Positions 41,286 to 50,393 of a stretch of DNA of 64,000 nucleotides are shown here, piece after piece (position 1 is the first letter of the stretch; each line of letters opens with the position of its first letter). Below the pieces are notes generated by a model. That model made no database searches. It was given only the letters and a program-made list of their open reading frames with translations, and was not told where the DNA came from. This stretch comes from Spirochaetia bacterium (GTDB lineage Bacteria > Spirochaetota > Spirochaetia > CAKZLE01), in the NCBI GenBank assembly GCA_963677595.1, contig OY782041.1:2240001-2304000 (forward strand), given 5' to 3'. Made by a program: the position numbers and the translations under genes.

Positions 41286-41320
41286 TTCTGGGTTGAGGAC
41301 CTGAGTAGTTACCCTGGTAT

Positions 41321-41432
41321 ATATAACTCAAGATCAGGAGATAAACGCAGGGACGTTTATGCCGACATGATGAGCATCTATAATCGCAAAGATCCCGATC
41401 GAGAGGCACGCGATCCATGGGACTGTTACTGA
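41321..41432 (+). pseudogene. Detached 3' end of the nitrilase-family gene
   Basis: Removing the IS and one TSD copy gives in-frame ...KPG-IYNSRSGDKRRDVYADMM...DCY*, with the family-like DxRxDxY tail. Confidence 0.8.
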
Positions 41433-41581
41433 CCATCCAACTGAAATCAATAGAATTCTAACACATGACTACATCCCATTTGCTTATTCAGGGGGGCTTT
41501 GTTTGAAGTGAAGGCTGATTCGGTCTAGAATAATTATATCCTTTCTAATCCATGAAACACTTATTTCAAAAATCAGACGCC

Positions 41582-41627
41582 TTGTATTCTTCACATGATC
41601 ATGGTATAAGTAATCTGGTCATACCAA
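41582..41627 (+). promoter_or_regulatory. Promoter plus FadR-type operator of racemase-lyase unit
   Basis: TTGTAT-N17-TATAAG then CTGGTCATACCAA (41615-41627). Confidence 0.7.
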
Positions 41628-41757
41628 AGCAAGGGTCAAGTGGAACTTAATATCGTTCAAAACCTGTAATATGCTATAATGCTTCAAGGTGTGTTTATGT
41701 ATTGGGATGCCTTTAGGCGCTCAGACATTGATATGTGGTTATGTAAGGGGTACATAC

Positions 41758-42483
41758 ATGAAGGTAATTGGAGGCAGAACTAATTATGGCGAAAATATAG
41801 GGATCCTGATGTTGGATACAGTTTTTCCACGTTTGTTGGGGGATATAGGGAATGCTGCGACCTATCCGTTCCCAGTCCGCTATAAAATCGTGAAAAATGC
41901 CTCCTTGAGCAAGGTGATGGGTAAAATTCCTGCCAATGAACTATTGGAGCCATTTATCGAGGCGGCAATTGAAATGGAAAGAGAAGGTGTAAAAGCAATT
42001 ACAACAAGCTGTGGTTTTCTGGCCCCATTCCAGCAGGAACTGGCAGATTCGGTACGTATACCCGTTTTTACTTCTTCGCTGATGATGGCTCCATGGATTT
42101 CCCAAATGTTGGGCAAGGGCAGGAAAGTGGCTATTTTTACTGAACGAGCCAAAAATATGACCGAGGATCATTTTAATAAAGTGGGATGGTCTTCGAAAGA
42201 TATCCCCGTCATTGTGAAGGGGATGCCGGTGGATGCATATTTCCCAAAGATCTATTGTGATGATGGGCTTGAGGCAGAAACTGAACTCTTACTTCATGAT
42301 ATGGAACAAATGACCCGAGAGCATATGATAGATCATCCTGATACTGGGGCGATCTTGTTTGAGTGTACAAATATGGGACCATTCACACGGGCGGTTCAGG
42401 AAATTGCCGGTGTCCCGGTATTTGGGATAAACCAGCTTATCACATTTGTCCATGCGGCAGTCAGTATGAATACCTATCACTAA
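41758..42483 (+). CDS. Aspartate/glutamate/hydantoin racemase family protein
   Basis: IGILMLDT.FPR..GD.GN, ITTSCGF, LFECTNM (two catalytic-type Cys). Confidence 0.85.
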   Translation: MKVIGGRTNYGENIGILMLDTVFPRLLGDIGNAATYPFPVRYKIVKNASLSKVMGKIPANELLEPFIEAAIEMEREGVKAITTSCGFLAPFQQELADSVRIPVFTSSLMMAPWISQMLGKGRKVAIFTERAKNMTEDHFNKVGWSSKDIPVIVKGMPVDAYFPKIYCDDGLEAETELLLHDMEQMTREHMIDHPDTGAILFECTNMGPFTRAVQEIAGVPVFGINQLITFVHAAVSMNTYH

Positions 42484-42528
42484 CGGGATTTTTCATACTA
42501 TAATAATGAAAGAACAGGGGGGCACACT

Positions 42529-44031
42529 ATGGTCAATACAAGAGAACGGTTGACAGAGCAGGAGTCTGAAACGATGCTCAAATATATATCAAGGCCAGCC
42601 CTTACAGCAGAAAGCATACGACATATTTTCTCTGATATGATCGAAGTCGATATCGCTCATGCGATCATGCTTGGTAAAACAGGTATAATTGCTGAGAAGA
42701 AGGCTAAGGCTATAGTGGGGGGATTGATCCGCCTCAAGGAGGCTGGTGCAGATAACTTTCATGCTGATACAGCTCTTGGGGACATTCATTACAATATCGA
42801 GGTCGTTCTTATAAACGAGTTGGGAATGGATGTCGGTGGCAGGATGCATACCGCACGTAGCAGAAATGACCTGAAAGGCACCTGTTCGAGGATGCGAATC
42901 CGTAAGCTTTGCTTGGAGAACATGAAGCAGCTGCTTGAGTTCAGAAAGATAGTCATTGAAGTTTCCCGGAAACATGTTGATACCATCATGCCTGCATTCA
43001 CACATTCACAGCCGGCACAGCCGATTACTCTTGGCCATTATTTTGCTTCAATGGCTAAAGCATTGGAACGAGATTTTGAACGTCTTTTAGGCTCCTATAA
43101 ACATATCAACTACTCTCCCTTGGGTGCTGGATCTGCTGCAGGAACCGGGTTCCCTATTGATCGAGAATACACAGCTGATCTACTGGGTTTCGCTGGGCTG
43201 GTTGAAAGCTCTATCGATGCAATCGCTGCTCGTGACTACCTGATTGAATATCTGGCTTCGATCTCAAATTTCCTAACGTTAGTCAGCCGAATTGCGCAGG
43301 ACCTGTATACCTGGAACTCTTTTGAGTTTGGGTTTGTTGAGGTCGCTGACGGTCTTGCCGGTACAAGCAGTATCATGCCGCAGAAGAAGAACCCGTTGAC
43401 GTTAGAGAATGCGAAATCACAAGCGGCTAGATCCTATGGTGAATTGATGGCAGTATTAAGCTGTTTGAAGGGTGCTCCCTATTCCCATACCAGCGATGTG
43501 AGCATCACAGATAAAGGAAGCTTCGCTGACAATGCTGCGAAAGCTGCTGAAGTTACCATGGCGTTGTTTGGAGAAACACTTGAGACCCTTATTGTGAAAC
43601 CGGAACGCATGTTAGAGGATACTCGAGTCAATTATTGTGTGGCAACAGAATTAGCGGATGAACTTACCCTTAACTATAATTTGGCTTTCAGGGAAGCGCA
43701 CCAGGTAGTAGGCAGTCTTATCTCATCGGCTATTGATAAAGAAGTCCCTGCAGATCATATTACTCCAGGAATGGTAGCCGAAGCGTCTGAACGAATAACT
43801 GGGAAAGCTATTATCATCGAAAAAGATGAGCTGCAGAGAATTCTTGATCCAATTCAAAACATGAAGACGAAAACACAGATAGGCAGCCCAGCACCGTCTG
43901 AAGTGACCCGAATGCTTGATAGCTGTGGTAAGATTCTTGCTGCAGATTCTTTGATTTGTGAAGATCTTCAGCGAAATTTGGATTCAGCAGTTGAGAAACT
44001 GGCAAAAGAAGCAGCTGACTATATTGCTTAA
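42529..44031 (+). CDS. Argininosuccinate lyase-like C-N lyase (aspartase/fumarase superfamily)
   Basis: HTARSRND, THSQPAQP, GTSSIMPQKKNP; lacks the usual N-terminal LWGGRF of biosynthetic ArgH. Confidence 0.85.
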   Translation: MVNTRERLTEQESETMLKYISRPALTAESIRHIFSDMIEVDIAHAIMLGKTGIIAEKKAKAIVGGLIRLKEAGADNFHADTALGDIHYNIEVVLINELGMDVGGRMHTARSRNDLKGTCSRMRIRKLCLENMKQLLEFRKIVIEVSRKHVDTIMPAFTHSQPAQPITLGHYFASMAKALERDFERLLGSYKHINYSPLGAGSAAGTGFPIDREYTADLLGFAGLVESSIDAIAARDYLIEYLASISNFLTLVSRIAQDLYTWNSFEFGFVEVADGLAGTSSIMPQKKNPLTLENAKSQAARSYGELMAVLSCLKGAPYSHTSDVSITDKGSFADNAAKAAEVTMALFGETLETLIVKPERMLEDTRVNYCVATELADELTLNYNLAFREAHQVVGSLISSAIDKEVPADHITPGMVAEASERITGKAIIIEKDELQRILDPIQNMKTKTQIGSPAPSEVTRMLDSCGKILAADSLICEDLQRNLDSAVEKLAKEAADYIA

Positions 44032-44085
44032 ACTATATTTACCTGAGATAGCAGGGGTTATAGGTAATAACTCCTCGAATCTTTC

Positions 44086-44134
44086 TTGCATTATTACCAT
44101 ATCTGTGATATAAAATAATAATTGGTCATACCAA
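44086..44134 (+). promoter_or_regulatory. Promoter plus FadR-type operator of the gntR operon (autoregulation)
   Basis: TTGCAT-N17-TATAAA then TTGGTCATACCAA (44122-44134). Confidence 0.72.
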
Positions 44135-44307
44135 AATAGAAATTACTAGATAATTTCGTTGGTTTTTTCACAATTGGTATGGAGACAATCATTCCAGTTA
44201 TGGAGCAACCGATGCCAGGATACTCCATAAACTGTGCATAACCCCTACAAACGAAGATGTAGTGAGTTAAGTAGAGTGGATAGATTGATTACATAGAGGA
44301 GAGTGTT

Positions 44308-45009
44308 TTGGATCTGTATAATGGTAATCTTTTAAAAGAAAACAAGAACCTGAAAACAATACTTGAATTCATAGATTCGAGAAACCTCTCAATAGACGAG
44401 AGACTTCCTTCTGAGCGAGAATTGGCCTCGGAGATTGGGATCAGTCGCAGTTCTTTGAGGGAAGCTTTAAAGATTCTGCAGACCTTGGGTATTGTTGAGA
44501 TCAAGAGTAACAGTGGTGTGTACCTGCGTAAGAAAGATTTCAATCCTAAAAAAGAGAATGCCGTATTCTGGCTAATCGTGAATAAGAAACAAGTAATAAA
44601 TATGTTGACTGTCAGAGAGACTTTAGACTTGCGCGCAATCGAACTTATTCCTGAACATATGTATCCACAGATGCGAGAGGAGTTAAAAGCAGCTATAGAA
44701 AAAGTGAAAGCATCTCCCAAGACTCATGAGGATATGATGGCGCATGATTTGGCGTTTCATAATATCATCAGAAAGGCTTCTGACAATGAAATTCTCTATA
44801 ATATCTGTAATGCACTAACGGGTAATATGTATGACGAGCGGAAAGCATTGTACTTGAAAAGTACCCGTATAGAGAAATCCATCCAAGAACATAATCGTAT
44901 TGCAAATGCATTTGGATCAGGAAATGTGAACGAGGTTAAACTAGCATATACGGAACATCTTACCAGTACAAGGTTCAGTATTGAGAGTCTTGAGGAGTCA
45001 GAATCTTAG
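44308..45009 (+). CDS. GntR family (FadR subfamily) transcriptional regulator
   Basis: RLPSERELA..GISRSSLREAL wHTH; FCD domain DLAFH..I...SDN, EH..I. Confidence 0.92.
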   Translation: MDLYNGNLLKENKNLKTILEFIDSRNLSIDERLPSERELASEIGISRSSLREALKILQTLGIVEIKSNSGVYLRKKDFNPKKENAVFWLIVNKKQVINMLTVRETLDLRAIELIPEHMYPQMREELKAAIEKVKASPKTHEDMMAHDLAFHNIIRKASDNEILYNICNALTGNMYDERKALYLKSTRIEKSIQEHNRIANAFGSGNVNEVKLAYTEHLTSTRFSIESLEESES

Positions 45010-45079
45010 AGTCGTTTCAATTGTTTTCTCATGGTTCAAAGTTTACAGAATAAGAGGCATATATCTATTGGGGGACAAT

Positions 45080-46204
45080 GTGAAAGAGATCACTACATTA
45101 CTGAGAGACAAGTTGGAAGAACATGGTCTCGATGCCATGGTAACCATGACTCCGGAAAATATAACCTTTGTTACCGGGACACAGATCCCAAGCCAGCTTA
45201 CCGTGCGACATAGACAAGTCATCCATATTATTACAAGAACAAACGATCCTGAGGTAATAGTTGTTAACATCGAAGAACCTATCATGAGAGCCCAAAGTTG
45301 GATTGCCCAGGATAAGATAATCAGTTATAACGAATTTACCCAGAGTCCTATACTGATAGCTGTTGAGAAGATAAAAGCATGCAATGTCAGCGAGAAAAGA
45401 ATAGGATTCGAGTTGTCATATCTTCCTGCAACAGATATGGCAATTCTGAGTCGGGAACTTCCACGAGCTGAGATTGTGAATTCTGATCCTATCTATGAAG
45501 AGATGAGAACCATTAAGCTTGGATTCGAGTTGGATATCATCACCAGCTTTGGAGCTCAGATTGAAGATGTCATGTATGAATCCTTGAAGTCTGTAAAAGC
45601 AGGTATGACAGAAAAAGATATATACCGACGGATGCAGAATGGGTTTAATTCAATTGGTGGAGATAAGCTCACTATGCCGGTTGTAGCTTCCGGGGAACGT
45701 AGTTGTCTGCTAAACGGTGCACCGAGTGATCGAGTCCTTAAGAAAGGAGATATCGTTCGTATTGATATCATAGGTACTAAACAAAACTATTACTGTGACT
45801 GCTGCCGAACTGCGATAGTTGGGAAGCCTGATACAAAGCATAAGAATAACTGGCGTGAAATGGTAAAGGCACATGATGAAGCGGTTGCAATGATGAAGCC
45901 CGGTGTGGATACAAAAGATATCTATAACAGCTTTGTCAGCCAATTCTTGAGTTGCGGATTTGAACCACTAGCATTTTTAGGTCATGGGTTGGGGCTGACC
46001 CTGCATGAAGAGCCCTATATAAACAGCTATAAGAGTACAATGATGAAAGAGAATATGGTTCTTTGTGTAGAACCCATTTATGTGATTGACGGAGTCTGCG
46101 GGTACCAGCTTGAGAATGAAGTGGTGATCACTGCGGATGGGTATAAGTTGATTACTGGCACAAAGTACCCCTACGATCGGCTCATAGAGATCAAAGCGGA
46201 TTAG
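45080..46204 (+). CDS. M24 family (Xaa-Pro peptidase/creatinase-fold) hydrolase
   Basis: Metal ligands IDIIG, CDCCRT, GHGLG..LHEEP, VEP, LENE; GTG start after GGGGGAC. Confidence 0.88.
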   Translation: MKEITTLLRDKLEEHGLDAMVTMTPENITFVTGTQIPSQLTVRHRQVIHIITRTNDPEVIVVNIEEPIMRAQSWIAQDKIISYNEFTQSPILIAVEKIKACNVSEKRIGFELSYLPATDMAILSRELPRAEIVNSDPIYEEMRTIKLGFELDIITSFGAQIEDVMYESLKSVKAGMTEKDIYRRMQNGFNSIGGDKLTMPVVASGERSCLLNGAPSDRVLKKGDIVRIDIIGTKQNYYCDCCRTAIVGKPDTKHKNNWREMVKAHDEAVAMMKPGVDTKDIYNSFVSQFLSCGFEPLAFLGHGLGLTLHEEPYINSYKSTMMKENMVLCVEPIYVIDGVCGYQLENEVVITADGYKLITGTKYPYDRLIEIKAD

Positions 46205-46253
46205 GTATCTAGGGAAGAGCACGAAAAGGGATAGGGTTTCTTGGGAGAAGAAT

Positions 46254-47423
46254 ATGAAGATAGAGAGTTATGAACTGTACAAGATCAGTATCCCTACTAG
46301 GAGAAAACACACCTGGGCAAGTAGTACGGCTGATGTCGGCCAAGGCTATGCAATCATAAAAATCAGGACCGATTGCGGAATTGAGGGGTTTGGTGAAGCA
46401 ACGACCATGCCCGAGTGGGGCGGGGATAACGGCAGATACTATGGAGAGTCTGCCGATACGACCAAAGTGGTCGTGGAGAATCACCTGTTTCCAAGTATCG
46501 TTGGAATGGATCCTCTTGATATTGACTGTATACACCAGACAATGGATCTGGCTATCCGAGGATATAATTATGCGAAAGCTGCTATTGATGAGGCATTGTA
46601 CGATATCGTGGGAAAAGCTTTTGATGTCCCTGTTTATAAGTTATTAGGTGGACAGTCAAGAAGGGCTGTCCCTATTGTGCATAGCCTGGGTGTCGTTATG
46701 GACATAGATAATGCGGTTGAAGAGGCTATCCAAGCGGTTTATGAGGGAATAAGACATATTAAGATTAAGGGTGGATTGAATGTAAAACGTGATCTTATCC
46801 TGATGGAGAAGCTGAGGAAAGAGCTTGGTCCTGAAATACAGATCTTAGTCGATGCTAATCAAAGTTACCCCTCAGCTAAAGAAGCGATAAAATGGGGCAA
46901 TCTCATGAATAAGTACAATCTTGAGTACATGGAACAGCCTGTTGAGGGGATCGCGAATTTGAAAAAGGTCACAGATGGGTTGGAATGTCCCGTATGTGCT
47001 GATGAGAGTTGTTGGACAATAACAGATGCAATCGATATAGTTACCCACCGGGCAGCAGATTATATTTCAATCTACACAACCAAATCGGGAGGGTTATATC
47101 CTGCACGCACGATTGCAAAGATCGCTGAGCATGCAGGGATTCGATGTAATGTGAATGGGTCAGGAGAGTTCGGTGTAGGGAATGCGGCAAACCTGCATGT
47201 AGCCTGCAGCGGAAGGAATATCGATCTTGCTTCAGTTATCCCTGTAACTCATATTGATGGTATGGTACAGACAACGGTAGCCGGGCATTGGTATATAGAC
47301 GATATCATCACAAAACCCTTCGTATATGATGACGGTTGTCTGGTCGTTCCTGATGACCCGGGACTAGGTATCGAAGTAGATATGAAAAAAATGAAAAAAT
47401 ATTCTGTTCCTTTTTCTTCCTGA
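46254..47423 (+). CDS. Enolase superfamily, muconate cycloisomerase/mandelate racemase-like protein
   Basis: GIEGFGE, KIK, VDANQ, EQP, ADES, PGLGIEVD. Confidence 0.9.
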   Translation: MKIESYELYKISIPTRRKHTWASSTADVGQGYAIIKIRTDCGIEGFGEATTMPEWGGDNGRYYGESADTTKVVVENHLFPSIVGMDPLDIDCIHQTMDLAIRGYNYAKAAIDEALYDIVGKAFDVPVYKLLGGQSRRAVPIVHSLGVVMDIDNAVEEAIQAVYEGIRHIKIKGGLNVKRDLILMEKLRKELGPEIQILVDANQSYPSAKEAIKWGNLMNKYNLEYMEQPVEGIANLKKVTDGLECPVCADESCWTITDAIDIVTHRAADYISIYTTKSGGLYPARTIAKIAEHAGIRCNVNGSGEFGVGNAANLHVACSGRNIDLASVIPVTHIDGMVQTTVAGHWYIDDIITKPFVYDDGCLVVPDDPGLGIEVDMKKMKKYSVPFSS

Positions 47424-47427
47424 TGGC

Positions 47428-48645
47428 ATGATGGTTAATTGGCGTAAAAACCTCTGGATTATTTGGATTGCACAAATTCTCAGTGTGGCGGGGATTAACT
47501 TTGCAAGTCCATTTCTCCCCTATTTTATTCAAGAGATAGGTATAACAGAGCAGTCAGAACTAAAACTCTGGGCTGGAATCATTGCCAGCGCACCTGCCCT
47601 GACTATGGCGATCATGGCTCCAATCTGGGGCCTTCTCTCCGACCGGATCGGGAAAAAGATCATGCTTCTCAGGGCTATGTTCTTCGGCAGCCTTATTCTT
47701 ATCGGAATAGGGTTATCTCACTCAATTACAGCAGTTATAGTTCTCCGTCTGCTGCAGGGATTATTAGCAGAGACCATGACAGCATCAGCAATCCTGGTTT
47801 CTGCTCATACGCCTAAGGATAAACTGAGTTATGCTCTGGGAATGATATCGGCATCTAGTTTCATCGGGATGTCCGCCGGACCTTTATTTGGCGGATTTTC
47901 CGCTGATTTGCTCGGTTATCGTTTTACGTTTTTCATCGGAGCATGCATACTTGCCATAGGTTTCTTTCTCGTTCTGTTTGCGGTTAAAGAAGATAGATCT
48001 GCTTCGCTCTCACAGAGAGAAGAGGGTGAGAGCCCTAAAGAGAATAACAATCCTGGAACAATAGTAAGTATATCCATTTTAGGAGCTTTCGTTATCATTT
48101 TCATTCTTAGGTTTTCCCGAATGCTTCCATTGGCTTTTATACCGCTTCATGTGCAGAATATCTTAGAGACAATTGAAGGGGCTCCATCTATCACTGGATT
48201 GATTTCCTTTGGCAGAGGTGCTGCGACTGCTTTGGCTTCAATCACCATCGTTCGTCTTGGCGATCGATATCCTCGGATGGGAATAATAACTTTGCTTTTA
48301 GGCCTCTCTGCATGTATGACTTTCCCTGTTTTATTCACAGGAAATCTGATAGGGTTCTCAGCCTTCTTCATTTTGGCTACTTTCTTCCTTGGAGGGATAG
48401 AACCCCTGTTACAGTCAGAGATCATAAGTAATGTGCCTAATGGTAAACAGGGGTTGGTGTTCGGGATTCAAACCACTGTCAGCAATCTGGGCTGGTGTAT
48501 AGCACCCATTGTAGGATCACTTATCACTATCCGCTGGGGAATATCCTCCATATTTCTTATTGTGGTAATTTCTCTCGCAGTTGCTATGGTATTCTCTCTA
48601 TTAGTCATATCTTTGTTGAAAGATAAGAATTATGGTACAAGCTGA
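47428..48645 (+). CDS. MFS transporter (DHA1, MdtG-like)
   Basis: NWRKNL, WGLLSDRIGKK motif A, 12 predicted TM segments. Confidence 0.9.
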   Translation: MMVNWRKNLWIIWIAQILSVAGINFASPFLPYFIQEIGITEQSELKLWAGIIASAPALTMAIMAPIWGLLSDRIGKKIMLLRAMFFGSLILIGIGLSHSITAVIVLRLLQGLLAETMTASAILVSAHTPKDKLSYALGMISASSFIGMSAGPLFGGFSADLLGYRFTFFIGACILAIGFFLVLFAVKEDRSASLSQREEGESPKENNNPGTIVSISILGAFVIIFILRFSRMLPLAFIPLHVQNILETIEGAPSITGLISFGRGAATALASITIVRLGDRYPRMGIITLLLGLSACMTFPVLFTGNLIGFSAFFILATFFLGGIEPLLQSEIISNVPNGKQGLVFGIQTTVSNLGWCIAPIVGSLITIRWGISSIFLIVVISLAVAMVFSLLVISLLKDKNYGTS

Positions 48646-48698
48646 GTGATTACATGTCCCAATCATCATTCGCTGTTTCTATGATAAACAACATCTGT

Positions 48699-48756
48699 GA
48701 TGTGGAATATCATGATAATCAACATAACAGATGTGGGATATCATGAAAATCCACAT
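48699..48756. repeat. Tandem 27-bp imperfect palindromic direct repeat (period 31)
   Basis: GATGTGGAATATCATGATAATCAACAT / GATGTGGGATATCATGAAAATCCACAT. Confidence 0.75.
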
Positions 48757-48787
48757 GATGTAGGATTGGTCCTGCACCACCACTCTT

Positions 48788-50182
48788 TCAGGATCTGACG
48801 ATATCCTCTGCGGTCACGATGAAGCACCCGTCTACCTGATCAGGTACGTCCTGTGCTTTTACGGGGACGAAGATGACATGCAGGATCTCCCGATACCTGC
48901 CTTCGAGGGAACGGGGCAGTCCTTTCGCCTTCAACCCGAAGATGATGGACCTGATCTCCTCCAGGGAATATGGTTTCTCACTCCACTTGGCTTCCCCAAG
49001 GAGCAGCCTCTGCTTGTCCAGTGAGGCCGCTACCACATCGAATTCCGGTGAGTTCCCCTGCCAGAATCGTGAAGCCCCCAGCCAGGGTCCCCCCGGCCTG
49101 AAGACCGGGACGTATGCACGGCACAGTCCTTCCCAGCGATCTGCGAAGAGTGAGTCCCGGTACCTGGCCCAGACAGCCCGTCGGGAGCTTTCCGGCAGGC
49201 TCCGGAGGCCAGACCGGTTCGGTGCGACGACCTTTGACCAGCATGCCAGGAAGGGATCATCGATTTTGTACAGACTCCGCTTTGTCTTTGCTTCTGATTC
49301 CCCGAAGGGGACCTCCCTCTTCAGGTATCCCAGTTCGCATAGGAGCTTCAGGGGGCGGGTGAGGGACGTGGCCGGGATGCCTAACGGCCCCCCGATCTCC
49401 GAGACCCGGTGACAGCCGTTACCTACCACATCCAGGATCGGCCGGAGCAGCTGGATGTTGAGTTCATCTTCCCTGAGCAGCCGTTCACACTCATCATGCA
49501 GGGGTCCCAGCGGATCCAGTACCAGGTCATGGACCGCGGTGTCGAGGTCGTTCCCATAGGGAACTGCCAGTTCCCAGTATCTCGGGATCCCGCCCCAGCA
49601 GGTATACGCCTTCACGGTATCGAGCGGGCTCGATACCGAAAGAGCCTCGGGCATGAACCCTATCGGGATGGGATCGATCTTTAGGATCTCTGAGGCCCTG
49701 CCGTAGAGCGGTGCCGCATGATCCAGGACCAGACCCTGCATCATTCTCTGGCTCGACCCTGAAAGAACCAGGTGTATCCCGGTCTTAGGCAGTTGGGAAT
49801 CGACCCAATTCTGCAGCACACTTTCCAGTGACCGGTCAGCTTCGATGAGATATGGGAACTCATCCAGCACCAGGGTGCCTTGCCACTGCTGGTGCACAGC
49901 CTCTGCCAGGAGTCGGGCCAGGAGGGATCTCCAATCTGGATACTCGACATCCGAGAAGCCCGGGAACACCTCTGCCGCAGTCTGTGCAAGATACCTCCTC
50001 TGCAGCGGGGGAGGGGACTGGTCTGCGGAAAAGTAGATACCCTGTCCCTTGTGCAGCCACTCCAAGAGCAGTCTGGTCTTCCCGACCCTCCTTCGCCCCC
50101 AGAGTATGGTGAGTGACCCATTCCCGGATGCCCTGCCAGTATCAAGGCGGGATAGTTCCTTCTTCCTGTCTGTGAATATCAT
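48788..50182 (-). CDS. Archaeal-type AAA ATPase (ATPase_2) with DUF234/PD-(D/E)xK-like C-terminus
   Basis: FTDRKKEL, GRRRVGKT, LVLDEFPYL, GGIPRY, EFDVVA...GEAKW. Confidence 0.87.
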   Translation of the reverse strand: MIFTDRKKELSRLDTGRASGNGSLTILWGRRRVGKTRLLLEWLHKGQGIYFSADQSPPPLQRRYLAQTAAEVFPGFSDVEYPDWRSLLARLLAEAVHQQWQGTLVLDEFPYLIEADRSLESVLQNWVDSQLPKTGIHLVLSGSSQRMMQGLVLDHAAPLYGRASEILKIDPIPIGFMPEALSVSSPLDTVKAYTCWGGIPRYWELAVPYGNDLDTAVHDLVLDPLGPLHDECERLLREDELNIQLLRPILDVVGNGCHRVSEIGGPLGIPATSLTRPLKLLCELGYLKREVPFGESEAKTKRSLYKIDDPFLACWSKVVAPNRSGLRSLPESSRRAVWARYRDSLFADRWEGLCRAYVPVFRPGGPWLGASRFWQGNSPEFDVVAASLDKQRLLLGEAKWSEKPYSLEEIRSIIFGLKAKGLPRSLEGRYREILHVIFVPVKAQDVPDQVDGCFIVTAEDIVRS

Positions 50183-50393
50183 ACTATGATTATACACCAA
50201 AATATTATGCAATGCAACATTATGTTGTGATGTATAATGTTGGTTATGACAAAAATATTGAAACTCATGGGTATTACTGTGTCTGTTTCATCTTCATGCC
50301 TATAATTTTATCACTGTATAAAATTAGTTTTCTGTTGCATCTTCAGATCCGTGGTACAATAGATGTAATAACTGTAAGTGGGGAATACAGTCT

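Larger units (their letters stand above)
36879..41312 (+). mobile_element. IS66-family element, single-ORF (ISBst12-like), about 1.73 kb without the nested IS
   Basis: 18-bp terminal IRs GTAACTACTCAGGTCCTC (36879-36896; 41295-41312) and 8-bp TSD CCTGGTAT (36871-36878; 41313-41320). Confidence 0.93.
24960..48780. other. AT-richer genomic island (CDF exporters, Dpp ABC, catabolic genes, GntR, IS elements)
   Basis: Abrupt visible drop in GC and shift to A/T-ending codons relative to both flanks (judged by eye); shared operator motif; boundaries approximate. Confidence 0.7.

Noticed and set aside
36879-41312. Reading the three ORFs as canonical IS66 tnpA-tnpB-tnpC
   Set aside because: The two minus-strand ORFs are bounded by their own IRs and TSD and are a separate element
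42529-44031. Calling this housekeeping argH in an arginine operon with arcC
   Set aside because: No other arg genes, divergent N-terminus, catabolic island context; arcC is 22 kb away under a different operator
48670-48760. Possible mini-CRISPR array
   Set aside because: Only two good repeats separated by 4 bp, no spacer-sized unique sequence and no cas genes
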